Source: a virus (taxonomy: Duplodnaviria > Heunggongvirae > Uroviricota > Caudoviricetes). From it: a stretch of 64,000 nt of DNA. Numbering within the stretch: the first letter of the stretch is position 1; the number at the start of each line of letters is the position of its first letter. Below the pieces are notes generated by a model. It had not been told where the DNA came from, searched no databases, and saw nothing but the letters and a program-made list of their open reading frames with translations. Location: positions 128,749-192,748 of the IMG/VR virus record IMGVR_UViG_3300010049_000010, one strand, 5' to 3'. Positions 1 to 10,298 of the stretch are shown one piece after another. The position numbers were made by a program, and so were the translations under genes.

Positions 1-362
1 TCTTTGAGCATTTTTAATTCTTTGTAAGTAATTTTTGCTCCCTTTCCTTCTTGTGATTCTTTAAAGTGTTTGTATGATTTAAGATATGTTTCCCAATCAT
101 TTCCTTTTTGAGCAGGTTTTAAAGATTCTTTGATTTTTTCAAATTCAGCTTTTGTGATTTTGTCTGTACCTTTTTCTTCAAGTTTCCATTTTCGATATGC
201 TTCAACTCTTTCTTGTAAAGCATTAGATGGTTTTGTAGGTCCAGCCATTTTTTTGTAATTTTCTCTAAGATTACTAAGTTCTGTTCTAGTAAGCTTACCG
301 TTGCCTTTTTCGGCAAGTTTCCATGCAGAGTATTCTCTGACAAGGTCTGTGAATGATTTCAT
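1..362 (-). CDS. Repeat-containing protein (N-terminal part, runs off window); possible prohead scaffold/internal head protein
   Basis: Not in ORF track. ATG at 362 with AGGAG SD, open to the window edge. Three ~40-aa repeats (REYSAWKLAEKGNGKLTRTE / EAYRKWKLEEKGTDKITKAE / KSYKHFKESQEGKGAKITYKE). Divergent from terminase. Confidence 0.6.
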   Translation of the reverse strand, partial: MKSFTDLVREYSAWKLAEKGNGKLTRTELSNLRENYKKMAGPTKPSNALQERVEAYRKWKLEEKGTDKITKAEFEKIKESLKPAQKGNDWETYLKSYKHFKESQEGKGAKITYKELKMLK

Positions 363-522
363 AATTTTTCTCCTATATAAGTCTGAATTTTGTGCATATA
401 CGTTATATAAAACTTCATTTATCTCTTAATATAAAAGAGAAAGGTACAAATTCGTAAAACCTATATAATTAGTTATTGTAAATTGTTTAAGTTACTATTG
501 TAAATAATTGTAACTATTTAAT

Positions 523-2778
523 ATGAGCAAAATAGACAATCCTGCGGGGTCAATAATTACGAATCCATTTACTTTAGATATAGATAAATTAAATCCTAAT
601 AGTATAAATGAAGATTTTCTAAAATTATCTTTTAAAGATCCAAAAGCAATAAATAATTTGATGTATATTATCAAAGATATATTGCAAGGAGATAGCGCCG
701 CCGCCAGAAGAGAAGAATACGCATATCTTAATTTTAATCAATTAAAAGCCGCGTTAGAATGGTTAATGAGTCACGGAATGGATGACTCATTAAAAAATGA
801 TTTATTAATGAATCCTTGGAGACTTACATTTAAAGATCGTCCTCCAACTCCAGAAGAAATGTTGGGTGAGAAATATATTGGCGCAATGAGCGAATCAGTT
901 TGGGAACCAGTTAAAAAAGCTTTTATAGAATATTTTGACCCAATGAAACCATATCGTACAGCAGCATTAAATCCCTCTATTGGAGCAGGAAAATCTACAT
1001 TTACAATGCTTGCGCTACTATACGTTGCTGTATGTTTTGGTTTAATGAGAGACCCTTGGAAATTTTTTAGCATGTCAAAAACATCGGTATTCGTTTTCGT
1101 ATTATGCGCGGTTACATATTCTAAAGCATCTGAAATATATCGAGAACCAATTCAACAATTAATTGAATCTGCTACTTATTGGAAGTGGTGCAGAACACAT
1201 CAAGAAATGTTAAGAGAAGATAGACATTTACAGTTAAGCGATACTGTCGAGTATCTTCCTTGGTCAACTTCTACTAAATCATCGGTATTTCAAACTGGTA
1301 ACGGGTTACAGTGGAAAAACGTATCAAGCGCGGGATCATTATTAGGTATGAATATTTTAATGGGGGCGATGACTGAGATAACATTCTTCTTAGAAGCAGG
1401 AAAGGGATGGAATGCTGAAAAATTAATGGTGTTCTTTTCTAAGTTACGACAGAGAATTAGTAACAGGTTCCAGAACAATTATTATGCCCGATTTATATTA
1501 GACTCATCACCATCTACTTTAGAAGACCCAATACAAAATTGGATGAGTTATGATGCACCACTTAATAAAGCGAACTTTATTTGGAAAGGTTCTCGGTGGA
1601 ATCTATATCCTGGAGAATTTCCAGATTTTTGCAATGTGAAAGACTTAAATGGACCTAATGAGGAAGTTACTGAAAATCATAATTTCGATGTTGGCTTTAA
1701 GTTATTCAAGGGTGGGAGCGGTAAGCCACCACAAGTTTGCGAAAATGAAACTGAAGCAGATCAATTTGAAGAGTCTGAATGTCTCTGGTGTCCAAAGAGA
1801 CAAGTTACTAAAAAGGGTGTTGAAAATTTTTTAGACAGAGCTAAGGAAAATCCAATAGAATTTATGAAAGACATTGCAGGTATTCCAGCAGGACAAGCCG
1901 ATAGAATTTTTTATCAAGGTGAATGGGTAGAAAATTGCTTTAATAACGGGTTAAAAAATATTTATGGATCTATAATCGCATTAGCAGATCAAGAGCCGGA
2001 ACATCTTATTTGGAATCAAGTACATCATTTATTCTTTAATAAAATTCTCGATAGATACTATTACTATTACGAGCCAGGAATTCCTCGCGTAATATCTGTC
2101 GACTTATCTAAAAGTAAAGACTGTACAACTATCACTATGTCTCATATCGAAAGAGACCCAGATCGAATTGACCCATACACAGGACAATCATTGATAGTTT
2201 ACGTTACTGACTTTACTATAGTTCTTGTTCCAAAAGGCGGACTTATAAATCTTGATGCTGTTAAATTCTTTATTATGGATTTAAGACGATTAGGTGGACT
2301 AAACATTAAACACGTTTCATTTGATAATTATCAATCTGAATCAACAAAGCAAGCGCTTACTCGAGCGGGTTTTAATATGGTTTACGTTTCGGTAGATAAA
2401 AATAATGAGTCATACTTAAATTGGATTGACCTTGTAATTCACAAACGTTGGTTTTGTGGAAAAAATATTTTCGTTAAAAATAATATGAATTCACTTTATT
2501 TCGCGAAAAGAAAAACAACGGGCACAGTTAAAGTAGATCACTTTCCCGGTGACTTAAATTACGATTGGCAAAATGGAAGTTGGAATACTTGCACAGCGGG
2601 AGTGAACGCAAAAGACTGCACTGACGCAATCGCCGCAAATATTGAAATAATAAATACTTATATTACTGATTTTATTCCAAATAAAATTTGGAGAGCCGAC
2701 GCTTGTTTTGAGCGAACTTATGAAAACTTAAAAGAAAAAAACTCTGAATATATGAAAAAAGTCGGGCTACAATTTTAA
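523..2778 (+). CDS. terL: Terminase large subunit
   Basis: Walker A SIGAGKST, Walker B-like MGAMTE, RNase H-like nuclease motifs VISVDLS, SFDNYQS, KDCTDAIA; 751 aa. Confidence 0.85.
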   Translation: MSKIDNPAGSIITNPFTLDIDKLNPNSINEDFLKLSFKDPKAINNLMYIIKDILQGDSAAARREEYAYLNFNQLKAALEWLMSHGMDDSLKNDLLMNPWRLTFKDRPPTPEEMLGEKYIGAMSESVWEPVKKAFIEYFDPMKPYRTAALNPSIGAGKSTFTMLALLYVAVCFGLMRDPWKFFSMSKTSVFVFVLCAVTYSKASEIYREPIQQLIESATYWKWCRTHQEMLREDRHLQLSDTVEYLPWSTSTKSSVFQTGNGLQWKNVSSAGSLLGMNILMGAMTEITFFLEAGKGWNAEKLMVFFSKLRQRISNRFQNNYYARFILDSSPSTLEDPIQNWMSYDAPLNKANFIWKGSRWNLYPGEFPDFCNVKDLNGPNEEVTENHNFDVGFKLFKGGSGKPPQVCENETEADQFEESECLWCPKRQVTKKGVENFLDRAKENPIEFMKDIAGIPAGQADRIFYQGEWVENCFNNGLKNIYGSIIALADQEPEHLIWNQVHHLFFNKILDRYYYYYEPGIPRVISVDLSKSKDCTTITMSHIERDPDRIDPYTGQSLIVYVTDFTIVLVPKGGLINLDAVKFFIMDLRRLGGLNIKHVSFDNYQSESTKQALTRAGFNMVYVSVDKNNESYLNWIDLVIHKRWFCGKNIFVKNNMNSLYFAKRKTTGTVKVDHFPGDLNYDWQNGSWNTCTAGVNAKDCTDAIAANIEIINTYITDFIPNKIWRADACFERTYENLKEKNSEYMKKVGLQF

Positions 2779-2783
2779 ATAAC

Positions 2784-2814
2784 AAAAAACCCACCGTCCG
2801 TAACACGGTGGGTT
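2784..2814 (-). terminator. Intrinsic terminator hairpin between convergent genes
   Basis: AACCCACCGT-N7-ACGGTGGGTT with A-tract on the left (U-tract on - strand). Confidence 0.8.
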
Positions 2815-2852
2815 AAAAACTGTTACAATCAACGAAGGTAACAGTAAGGGAG

Positions 2853-3644
2853 CTAATTAAATCTTGCTGCTCTTTTTGCTTCTCTTTCAGCAAGGATTGC
2901 GTCATGTTCAGCGATGGAGCGGAAATATGCGTAGTCGTTTGCAATGCCTCTGACATCAGAAGTGTGTTGAACGCCGTCTCTGTCCCAAACGATTACATAA
3001 TGCACTGACTTTTTATTTATTTTCACTATTGTTGCTTTTTGCCAGTGTGAGCCATATCTTTTGCTTGGGCCATTTGTGTCGACCATTAAAGTCGTGCCGA
3101 CAAAAAATCTCATGTCTCTGATTCTGATTGCTTCACGCATGTTCTGTATGTCTTGTTTAATGTGATAATCGTTTCTGGACGGATATTCTTCTTTTGGTTC
3201 TGCATAAGCTGTCAATATTTCCGCAATGTGATGCTGGCAAATTGTCAAAGTTTCCATAAGTGAAAGCATGTTTTTGTGAAACTTAACACCATTTTCAATG
3301 TTGAGGTTATCTCCGCTTCCGCCAAAAGATGGGGCGCTTATTCGATGGATTTTAATTCCGTCAGCAGTCTGGTTTATTTCCACATTCACGTCTGAGCCAA
3401 AGTGTGACCGATCATCGCTGTTGTAAAATGCGAAACTGAATCTTGGTTCCTTGCCATAAAATGTGTCTCTGCTAACTGATTTAAGCGCAAAGCCGATTCC
3501 GTAAGCCTGGAAAAATTCTGAGAAAGTTCTCAGATTCTGTTCCTTTATTTCAAGCCGTCTGAGGCCTAACTGATTCTCTGTCTTTGCATATTCAGCAAGT
3601 TCAAGTTCCAGTTCCTCAATTCTCTGTTCATATGTTTTATTCAT
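2853..3644 (-). CDS. Hypothetical protein, probable early gene
   Basis: 263-aa ORF with AAGGGAG SD, own sigma70-like promoter and terminator. Confidence 0.75.
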   Translation of the reverse strand: MNKTYEQRIEELELELAEYAKTENQLGLRRLEIKEQNLRTFSEFFQAYGIGFALKSVSRDTFYGKEPRFSFAFYNSDDRSHFGSDVNVEINQTADGIKIHRISAPSFGGSGDNLNIENGVKFHKNMLSLMETLTICQHHIAEILTAYAEPKEEYPSRNDYHIKQDIQNMREAIRIRDMRFFVGTTLMVDTNGPSKRYGSHWQKATIVKINKKSVHYVIVWDRDGVQHTSDVRGIANDYAYFRSIAEHDAILAEREAKRAARFN

Positions 3645-3670
3645 TGTTTATCTCTCCCTTAAGATAATAA

Positions 3671-3699
3671 TATATAAGATAATATGCAAAATCGTTCAA
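3671..3699 (-). promoter_or_regulatory. Sigma70-like promoter (class I)
   Basis: TTGAAC-N17-TATATA(TT), TCT immediately before the -10. Confidence 0.6.
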
Positions 3700-3716
3700 T
3701 TAACTTACTAATTATT

Positions 3717-4139
3717 ATGAATTATAGACCAGCCGAATATGCCCAAGAATTCAAAGATATCTTTGGAAAAATGGGTTATTTTGTAGATATTGAAGGACTT
3801 GAGGAAGAATATAATGGGATCGCAATTATGGTTTCTGATGATCCTGAAATAGTTTGTGACTGGCAAAACGGAGAAATAACAAGTTTATATTTTTGGTTCC
3901 ATCCTGTTTATAAAAGACATTATAAATCTGAAGAAGAAGTTAAATATTTAATTCACATAGCAAGTTTGGGTGTTAAAAAATCAGATCGAGGAAATAAAAT
4001 CTCAAGCAAATTTTTCGATATTATTATTAAAACTTTTGATGATGACATTGAACGAATTGAAATGAATGATATGAATAAGTCTGGTATTTGGCAATATATA
4101 GCTTCTAAATATCCTCATATAGAATGGAGAATAAATTAG
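3717..4139 (+). CDS. GNAT-like acetyltransferase (putative)
   Basis: IHIASLGVKKSDRGNKISSKF resembles GNAT motif A. Start moved to ATG 3717, which follows TTACTA-ATTATT. Confidence 0.45.
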   Translation: MNYRPAEYAQEFKDIFGKMGYFVDIEGLEEEYNGIAIMVSDDPEIVCDWQNGEITSLYFWFHPVYKRHYKSEEEVKYLIHIASLGVKKSDRGNKISSKFFDIIIKTFDDDIERIEMNDMNKSGIWQYIASKYPHIEWRIN

Positions 4140-4573
4140 TTTTTAAATTCGTCTTTTTGACCTTCTAACATAGTTATAATTAGCGGAGCTACTCCAGGTT
4201 TTAATACATCTTCATTTACAGACATATCAGCATTTATAACAAATGATGGAAGTTTTTCTTCTTTCATTAAACGTTTAATAAATATTGGAAGAAAATTAAG
4301 TGCTTCCTGCTGACTAGTAAATATTTCTTTACTATGAAATGGAAAAACGAATCGTTGTTCTTTTGCAGCATTTTTTACAAGTTCTATTGGACCTTTATTA
4401 AGTATAATTGGAGTTACAGAATCCAAAGCTTGTATTTCTTCAAATTCATCTCTAATTGGTCTACTAAAAAAAACTACACATTGATATAATTCAGATGGGA
4501 AAGCCCTTTCTTTTGATTTTTCTCCCCCACCTGACCTTCTAATTATTTCGTTAAAATCTAATTTATCACTCAT
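4136..4573 (-). CDS. Hypothetical protein
   Basis: 145-aa ORF translationally coupled to groEL. Confidence 0.6.
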   Translation of the reverse strand: MSDKLDFNEIIRRSGGGEKSKERAFPSELYQCVVFFSRPIRDEFEEIQALDSVTPIILNKGPIELVKNAAKEQRFVFPFHSKEIFTSQQEALNFLPIFIKRLMKEEKLPSFVINADMSVNEDVLKPGVAPLIITMLEGQKDEFKN

Positions 4574-6219
4574 CTTAATCCATCCTCATTTAATATATCA
4601 TCAAGTGACTCAACTCTAAGATTTGGAACGTCTGTAATTATTACTGAATCAACACTCATAAATTGTTCTGCCATATTGTGCGCGTAAATAACAGAATTAA
4701 CGATTACTGCGAAAGGATCTATAATTCCCTTTTTAATTAAGTCTGTTAACTCACCAGACCTTGAATCAAATCCAATAGATTTAACGTTGTCTTTTAATAT
4801 TTCATTTATTACATTATCATAATCATGACCAGAAGAATTTATTAAGACTTTAGCAGGCGTTTTCATAGCCTTCATAAAAGCTTTTATCGCTAAGTTCATT
4901 GAAGTACTTGTTGACATTAAATTATCTGAACTCGCTATTCTTAATAATGCAGTTCCAGCTCCAGGTATGTAACCACCTCTAAGTGATGACCTAACAGCAT
5001 TAATCGCGTCTTCATATCTATCTTTTTTCTCGCCCAATTCTTGAATAGTCAACCCGCCAACATAAATAGTTGCGACTCCGCCAGACATTTTCGCAATTCT
5101 TTCTTTAACAGATTCTATTTCATATTCTGAATAACCTATTTCAGCAGAATCATGATTGACTTTAGCTTGTAATAATTCTATATGCTTATTAAATCTTTCT
5201 TCATTTGTTTTAGCGTCTATAATTATAGTTTTTCCTTTTGATATAATTATCTGTCTTGCTTCGCCTAAACAATCATCTTTGAACTCATTTGTATCAAAAT
5301 CTTGTCCCAAAATTTGAGCGTCTAACATTACCGCTAAATCTAATAAATTATCATTGATTGTATTTTTTGAAGTGCCGGGTGCTAATACGAGTGAGCCTTG
5401 GATTACTTTTTTAGACAATAATTCTCTAAAGAATGCCATTACTTCATCAGTAAAATCTGGAGCAATAATCACTACATCTTTTTTAGCAAGCTGTAATCCT
5501 TGTAATATTGCTTTAATATCCTCAACATCATCAATAACGTTAGCCGACAATAATACTTTCGCGTCATTTAAAATACATTGATCATTAGCTGAATTTACAG
5601 AAAGCGAGCTTAAAAATCCCCTGTCAAATTCTAATCCAGTTGCGATTTTAACAGTAGTTTCTCCTTTGCGAGACAAACTATCTGCTATTGAAACGATACC
5701 ATTATCACCGATTGATAAAAAAGCTTGTTGAATATTTTTAGCGATTTCTTCGTCGCCGTTAGCAGAAACTTTCGCGATGTTAAATATTTGATCCTCACCT
5801 TCTATTTCATGTTTGTAATCTTCTAATTTTTTAATAACATAATCTTTAGCTTCTTTGTAACCTTCTCGTAAATCATTTATGTCAATTCCTTGAATAAGCA
5901 ATTTATATGCTTCCTTGCATAATTCATAAGTTAGAATCGTAGTTGAAGTGCTACCATCACCGTTGATATAATTACTTTTTCCAGCTGCTTCTTTAATTAG
6001 AACAGCTCCGAAGTTTTTAGCTTCATCACTAAACTTAATTTCTTTCGCTACAGTGATTCCGTCTTTGGTAATTTTAACATTACCACCTCTATCAAATGCG
6101 ACTGTTCTTCCTCTTGGACCAAACGTTGATGAAACTGTAGTCGCAACTTCTTGCATTCCAGATAATACTATTTTTCTTGCTTCATTTTGTCTGTATATTT
6201 TTTTACCAGCTACTGCCAT
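4570..6219 (-). CDS. groEL: Phage chaperonin GroEL-like
   Basis: STFGPRGRTV, ITKDGITVAKEI, GDGSTSTT, ERIAKMSGGVATIYVGG, EKKDRYEDAINA, PGAGTAL, GIIDP. Confidence 0.95.
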   Translation of the reverse strand: MAVAGKKIYRQNEARKIVLSGMQEVATTVSSTFGPRGRTVAFDRGGNVKITKDGITVAKEIKFSDEAKNFGAVLIKEAAGKSNYINGDGSTSTTILTYELCKEAYKLLIQGIDINDLREGYKEAKDYVIKKLEDYKHEIEGEDQIFNIAKVSANGDEEIAKNIQQAFLSIGDNGIVSIADSLSRKGETTVKIATGLEFDRGFLSSLSVNSANDQCILNDAKVLLSANVIDDVEDIKAILQGLQLAKKDVVIIAPDFTDEVMAFFRELLSKKVIQGSLVLAPGTSKNTINDNLLDLAVMLDAQILGQDFDTNEFKDDCLGEARQIIISKGKTIIIDAKTNEERFNKHIELLQAKVNHDSAEIGYSEYEIESVKERIAKMSGGVATIYVGGLTIQELGEKKDRYEDAINAVRSSLRGGYIPGAGTALLRIASSDNLMSTSTSMNLAIKAFMKAMKTPAKVLINSSGHDYDNVINEILKDNVKSIGFDSRSGELTDLIKKGIIDPFAVIVNSVIYAHNMAEQFMSVDSVIITDVPNLRVESLDDILNEDGLR

Positions 6220-6234
6220 TTTTACTCCTAATAA

Positions 6235-6615
6235 TTAGCTCAACTTCTCAATAGAGAGAATTTCTTTCATATTTTTATCATATTGATGTCTTAATTCGGG
6301 CGCGATTACGTCTGTATAATATAGCTTAAATAATTTAAGTGCTTTGTAATAAACTTTTTCGTGCATTTTATTTAACTTTTCTTCTATATGAGATTTCTCA
6401 ACTAATAATTCTTCAATAGAATTTTTATGAAAAATAGAATCTTCACATTTGCAAGTTTGCACCCATCCACCGTCTTTTTTCTTAGGCTTCATTTCCTTTT
6501 CACAAAACGGGCACATACAAGTATCATTATCAAATTTAATGTGTGAAAATACGTCGTGCGCTTTCTGTAAGAATACGGCGTTTTTAATCATCGTTATAAA
6601 ATTGTCTCTATTCAT
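6235..6615 (-). CDS. Hypothetical zinc-ribbon protein
   Basis: CPFC...CKC; leaderless-type motif upstream. Confidence 0.55.
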   Translation of the reverse strand: MNRDNFITMIKNAVFLQKAHDVFSHIKFDNDTCMCPFCEKEMKPKKKDGGWVQTCKCEDSIFHKNSIEELLVEKSHIEEKLNKMHEKVYYKALKLFKLYYTDVIAPELRHQYDKNMKEILSIEKLS

Positions 6616-6624
6616 TATAGTATA

Positions 6625-6822
6625 TTAACCTTTCAAAGCTTCATCTATTCTATCTATTTCATATAATATGTTTTTAATTCGTGTAGTGTCTCTATTTTGT
6701 CTGGCATACATTAATTGCTCAATTTTCTTTCTTTTTATTTTGTATAATTGGTTTCCGTTTATTTCTTTGTAAATATTTCCAGATGATTTAGGCAATAATA
6801 TATTTAAGCCTATATTATTCAT
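6625..6822 (-). CDS. Hypothetical protein
   Basis: 65-aa ORF in operon context. Confidence 0.5.
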   Translation of the reverse strand: MNNIGLNILLPKSSGNIYKEINGNQLYKIKRKKIEQLMYARQNRDTTRIKNILYEIDRIDEALKG

Positions 6823-8674
6823 TAATTATTTCTGTGGCGTAACTAATAATATCATCTGCGGTAAAATTAGAAACATATTCGCCAACTTTATTTTTATAAA
6901 TTAATTGTTTTGACTCATATCTTAAGTCTGCTATATGCTGTAAAAACACATCTTTAGCTCTTTTGCTTAATTTAAGTTTTTCAGCGGCTACATCTGGATT
7001 TAATTTAAAATTGCCTGGGTTTTCTATACAAAGTTTAATAAAGTCTTTTAATTTTTCAGCAATAAGAGGTGTAGTTCTTCCAAAGCGATACTTAATAGAT
7101 TCTTTACTTGAGACCGGCTCATCAGTGACTTTTTTCTCAACCTTTTTTTCTAGCTCAGTAGTTTCTTCAGTAGTCATTGGTCTAATATCTGGAGGAAGTG
7201 ATTCTACTTTTTTCGCAAAATCTTCAAAATAACCTTCTTGTTTTAATTCATCAAATGCTTGTTTAAAAACTGGTTCTACAACTTGTTCAGCTGTTACTAT
7301 TTCTTGGTGTTTAATTTTATTATCTGGAAGATCTATAGATGAAGCATCTACTTCACTTATTGGAGTGTCCATTATATTTTTTATTTTTTTTCTTTTTATC
7401 TTTTTAGGTTCTGGTTTAGCTTCTTCTTTTGCTTTTTTAGCTCGAGCTATTTTTTCTTGTAAATTTCTTTTTCTTTTTGGTTTTGATACTTCTGGCACTG
7501 TTACTTCAGACAAAGGAGCTGATGTAAAACTTAATTCTTCAGATTCTTCTTTATCTTTGAATCTATTTATTTCATCATCAAATTTTTGTAATAATTCTTC
7601 AACATTTACGTTATTTGGTATGTGATTTCTAAAATAATATAAAATCTTTCTTGTTACTTTAATGTCAGGTGCGGTTGTATAGATAATTAATTCGATACAA
7701 AATGCCATAAATAATAATATAAATAATTTAATTACTCTTGGTGTGACTCCTAAAAATCCCCCAAGATCGTCGAAAATTATTTGCATTCCTTTTTCACGCT
7801 TTATTTGCGCGTTTAGAGCGTCTAAATTTTGTTCTAATTCTCTAACTACTAATCTTGATCTTGCAATTAATGGTAATTCTAATCCCGCAGTAGTAATGTC
7901 TAATGCTCGAACCGTCATCATAAACTCAGCGTCTAATTCTTCTAATCTCAATTCAAAATTTTCTCCGCGGTCGCGATATTCTATTTCAACCTGTTGTCGT
8001 TGTGATACTGCGTTATTTAATTCTCGTTGAGCGGTGTCCCGTCTTTGCACGGCGCCCGCTCTTTGTGACCAAAGATTAGCTCTAACAGTTTCATAATCTT
8101 CTCTATTTTGGTCAACTCCTCTCCAACGTCTGTCTACATCGTTAAACTCATCAATCATTTCTCTTAAACGATCTTCTAATAAAACTACACGGGTAGATAT
8201 ATTTATATAAGGAACATACTCAGAAAGACTAACATCACTATTATCAGAAAATGCTTCAATACGATCTCTAATCGTACCAACCATTTCTATTTTATTTTCT
8301 ATATTTGTTACTTCTAATTCTTTAGTTGTGTCTGCTGTTTCAGTTGAGTAATATGCGAAGCCGGCTCCAGATGACACGGACATAACTGCTAAAGTTAAAT
8401 AAAATATTAAAAATAATCTTTGAGCCTTTTTTATTTTAGCATCAATAGTTTTTAGATATAATGATGAAAACACATTACGAGATAGAATCGTCGTTACTTT
8501 TGCTGATTCTAATAATATAGAAATACCAAATAAAATGTACCAAAATCCTCCAGTATCAAGAGCCTGAAAGAAGAATACATTTAAAAATATTGATATAAGA
8601 CTCGCAAGCGAGAAAGAAAAATATCTTGCAAATATGAAGATATTTGAATCTAAATTTAATGTGTTTCGTTTCAT
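6815..8674 (-). CDS. Membrane protein with long coiled coil
   Basis: Three N-terminal hydrophobic segments, ~200-aa coiled coil, a further TM (IKLFILLFMAFCIELIIY), Lys/Glu-rich tail. Confidence 0.7.
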   Translation of the reverse strand: MKRNTLNLDSNIFIFARYFSFSLASLISIFLNVFFFQALDTGGFWYILFGISILLESAKVTTILSRNVFSSLYLKTIDAKIKKAQRLFLIFYLTLAVMSVSSGAGFAYYSTETADTTKELEVTNIENKIEMVGTIRDRIEAFSDNSDVSLSEYVPYINISTRVVLLEDRLREMIDEFNDVDRRWRGVDQNREDYETVRANLWSQRAGAVQRRDTAQRELNNAVSQRQQVEIEYRDRGENFELRLEELDAEFMMTVRALDITTAGLELPLIARSRLVVRELEQNLDALNAQIKREKGMQIIFDDLGGFLGVTPRVIKLFILLFMAFCIELIIYTTAPDIKVTRKILYYFRNHIPNNVNVEELLQKFDDEINRFKDKEESEELSFTSAPLSEVTVPEVSKPKRKRNLQEKIARAKKAKEEAKPEPKKIKRKKIKNIMDTPISEVDASSIDLPDNKIKHQEIVTAEQVVEPVFKQAFDELKQEGYFEDFAKKVESLPPDIRPMTTEETTELEKKVEKKVTDEPVSSKESIKYRFGRTTPLIAEKLKDFIKLCIENPGNFKLNPDVAAEKLKLSKRAKDVFLQHIADLRYESKQLIYKNKVGEYVSNFTADDIISYATEIINE

Positions 8675-8708
8675 GTTTATTCCTTAAGAGAAGTTTTTCT
8701 CTAATAAA

Positions 8709-9869
8709 TTAGTAGTTTTTTAGTAACTCTTCTACTTTATCTGTTTTCTCCCAAGAAAAGTTTTCCTTTCCAAAATGGCCATAAGTTGCAGTTGGCAAAT
8801 ATATTGGTTTTTTAAGATCAAGATGTTTAATAATGCCGGCGGGTGTTAAATCAAATACTTTACTAATAGCATTGCTAATTTTTATTTCACCTTCACTGCT
8901 TAAATCACCAAAGGTATCAACATAAATTGATACAGGATGTGGAACGCCGATTGCGTATGATAACTGTATTTCACATTTTGAAGTCAATCCTGCAGCAACT
9001 ATATTTTTTGCGATATATCTTGCCATATATGCAGCCGAACGATCTACTTTACTTGGATCTTTTCCAGAAAATGCGCCGCCGCCATGTCTTCCCATTCCGC
9101 CGTATGTGTCAACGATTATTTTTCTTCCAGTTAAACCAGTATCTCCAGTTGGCCCGCCAACAACAAATTTTCCTGTTGGATTGATAAAATAATTATCATT
9201 AAATGGAAGCCCTGATTCTTCTAATACTGGTCTAATAACTTTAGATATTAAGAAATCTTCTATATCTCTATGTTTTACTGATTCATGATGCTGATGTGAC
9301 ATAACGACTGTATTTACTCTTTTTGGTTTATCATTTTCATATTCAATAGTTACTTGGCTTTTAGCATCAGGTTTTAACCAATTTACTTCACCAGAGTTTC
9401 TTATTGCGGAAGCTCGTTTTAATAATTTGTGTGCGATTGAAATTGCAGCTGGCATTAATTCAGACGTTTCATTGCAAGCAAATCCGAACATCATACCTTG
9501 ATCACCAGCGCCTTGTTGACCTTTAAATTGTTCGAGACCATTTCCACTTACACCTTGGTCAATGTCAGGCGACTGAGTATGAATGGCATTTAATATCGTC
9601 ATTGATTTATAATCGAGACCGTAATTAGGGTCATCGTAGCCGATATCTTTAACTACATTTTTTGCAATATCTTGAATATCAACATAAGTTTTTGTAGTGA
9701 TTTCCCCACCCACTAATATGAGTGAAGATGTCGCATAAGTTTCACAAGCGACTCGGCTATCAGCATCATCTCTTAAACATGCGTCTAAAACTGCGTCAGA
9801 TATTTGGTCACATAATTTGTCTGGATGGCCTTCGGATACTGACTCCGATGTAAATAAATAGTTTCTCAT
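8709..9869 (-). CDS. metK: S-adenosylmethionine synthetase
   Basis: [55 protein letters not shown]. Confidence 0.98.
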   Translation of the reverse strand: MRNYLFTSESVSEGHPDKLCDQISDAVLDACLRDDADSRVACETYATSSLILVGGEITTKTYVDIQDIAKNVVKDIGYDDPNYGLDYKSMTILNAIHTQSPDIDQGVSGNGLEQFKGQQGAGDQGMMFGFACNETSELMPAAISIAHKLLKRASAIRNSGEVNWLKPDAKSQVTIEYENDKPKRVNTVVMSHQHHESVKHRDIEDFLISKVIRPVLEESGLPFNDNYFINPTGKFVVGGPTGDTGLTGRKIIVDTYGGMGRHGGGAFSGKDPSKVDRSAAYMARYIAKNIVAAGLTSKCEIQLSYAIGVPHPVSIYVDTFGDLSSEGEIKISNAISKVFDLTPAGIIKHLDLKKPIYLPTATYGHFGKENFSWEKTDKVEELLKNY

Positions 9870-9878
9870 TATATTAGA

Positions 9879-10298
9879 TTAACTTTTAAATCTAATTCCG
9901 AGATATCTTAAATATTTTATTATTTTTTGAACCATGCCTTCCATATTCGTTGCGAATATTTCTTCATGAAATCCTTCCAATTTATTTACCATATTTATTT
10001 TTTTGTCAAAATAAACGCATGCATGCGATACTTCATGTATGATAGTATATAAATCTAATTTCTCTATAGAGAGACAAATTTCTCCGATGCCATATTTTGT
10101 TGATGATTTTTGTATAAAACATCCTAAAAGTTCTTCGGAGTTATCACCAAAAAATTTCTTATATCTTCTGGCTACGCTTGCAGGATTTTTTAGCAAGACA
10201 AGTTTAACAGTATATCGACTGTTTTCAAAATTAAAATTCACGTTATTTCCTTTCATTTGGATCAAATATTTTCGTAATGCGAATTCCGTAATTTTCAT
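9879..10298 (-). CDS. HExxH-motif protein (putative metallopeptidase); true start may be downstream
   Basis: TIIHEVSHA...EE motif; the annotated start overlaps the FliN gene. Confidence 0.45.
   Translation of the reverse strand: MKITEFALRKYLIQMKGNNVNFNFENSRYTVKLVLLKNPASVARRYKKFFGDNSEELLGCFIQKSSTKYGIGEICLSIEKLDLYTIIHEVSHACVYFDKKINMVNKLEGFHEEIFATNMEGMVQKIIKYLRYLGIRFKS

Noticed and set aside
119..343. 74-aa ORF in the track
   Set aside because: Alternative frame of the longer SD-led gene starting at 362 that runs off the window.
523..2778. Intein or intron in terminase (also checked DnaB)
   Set aside because: No intein splice-junction or LAGLIDADG motifs; the reading frames are continuous.
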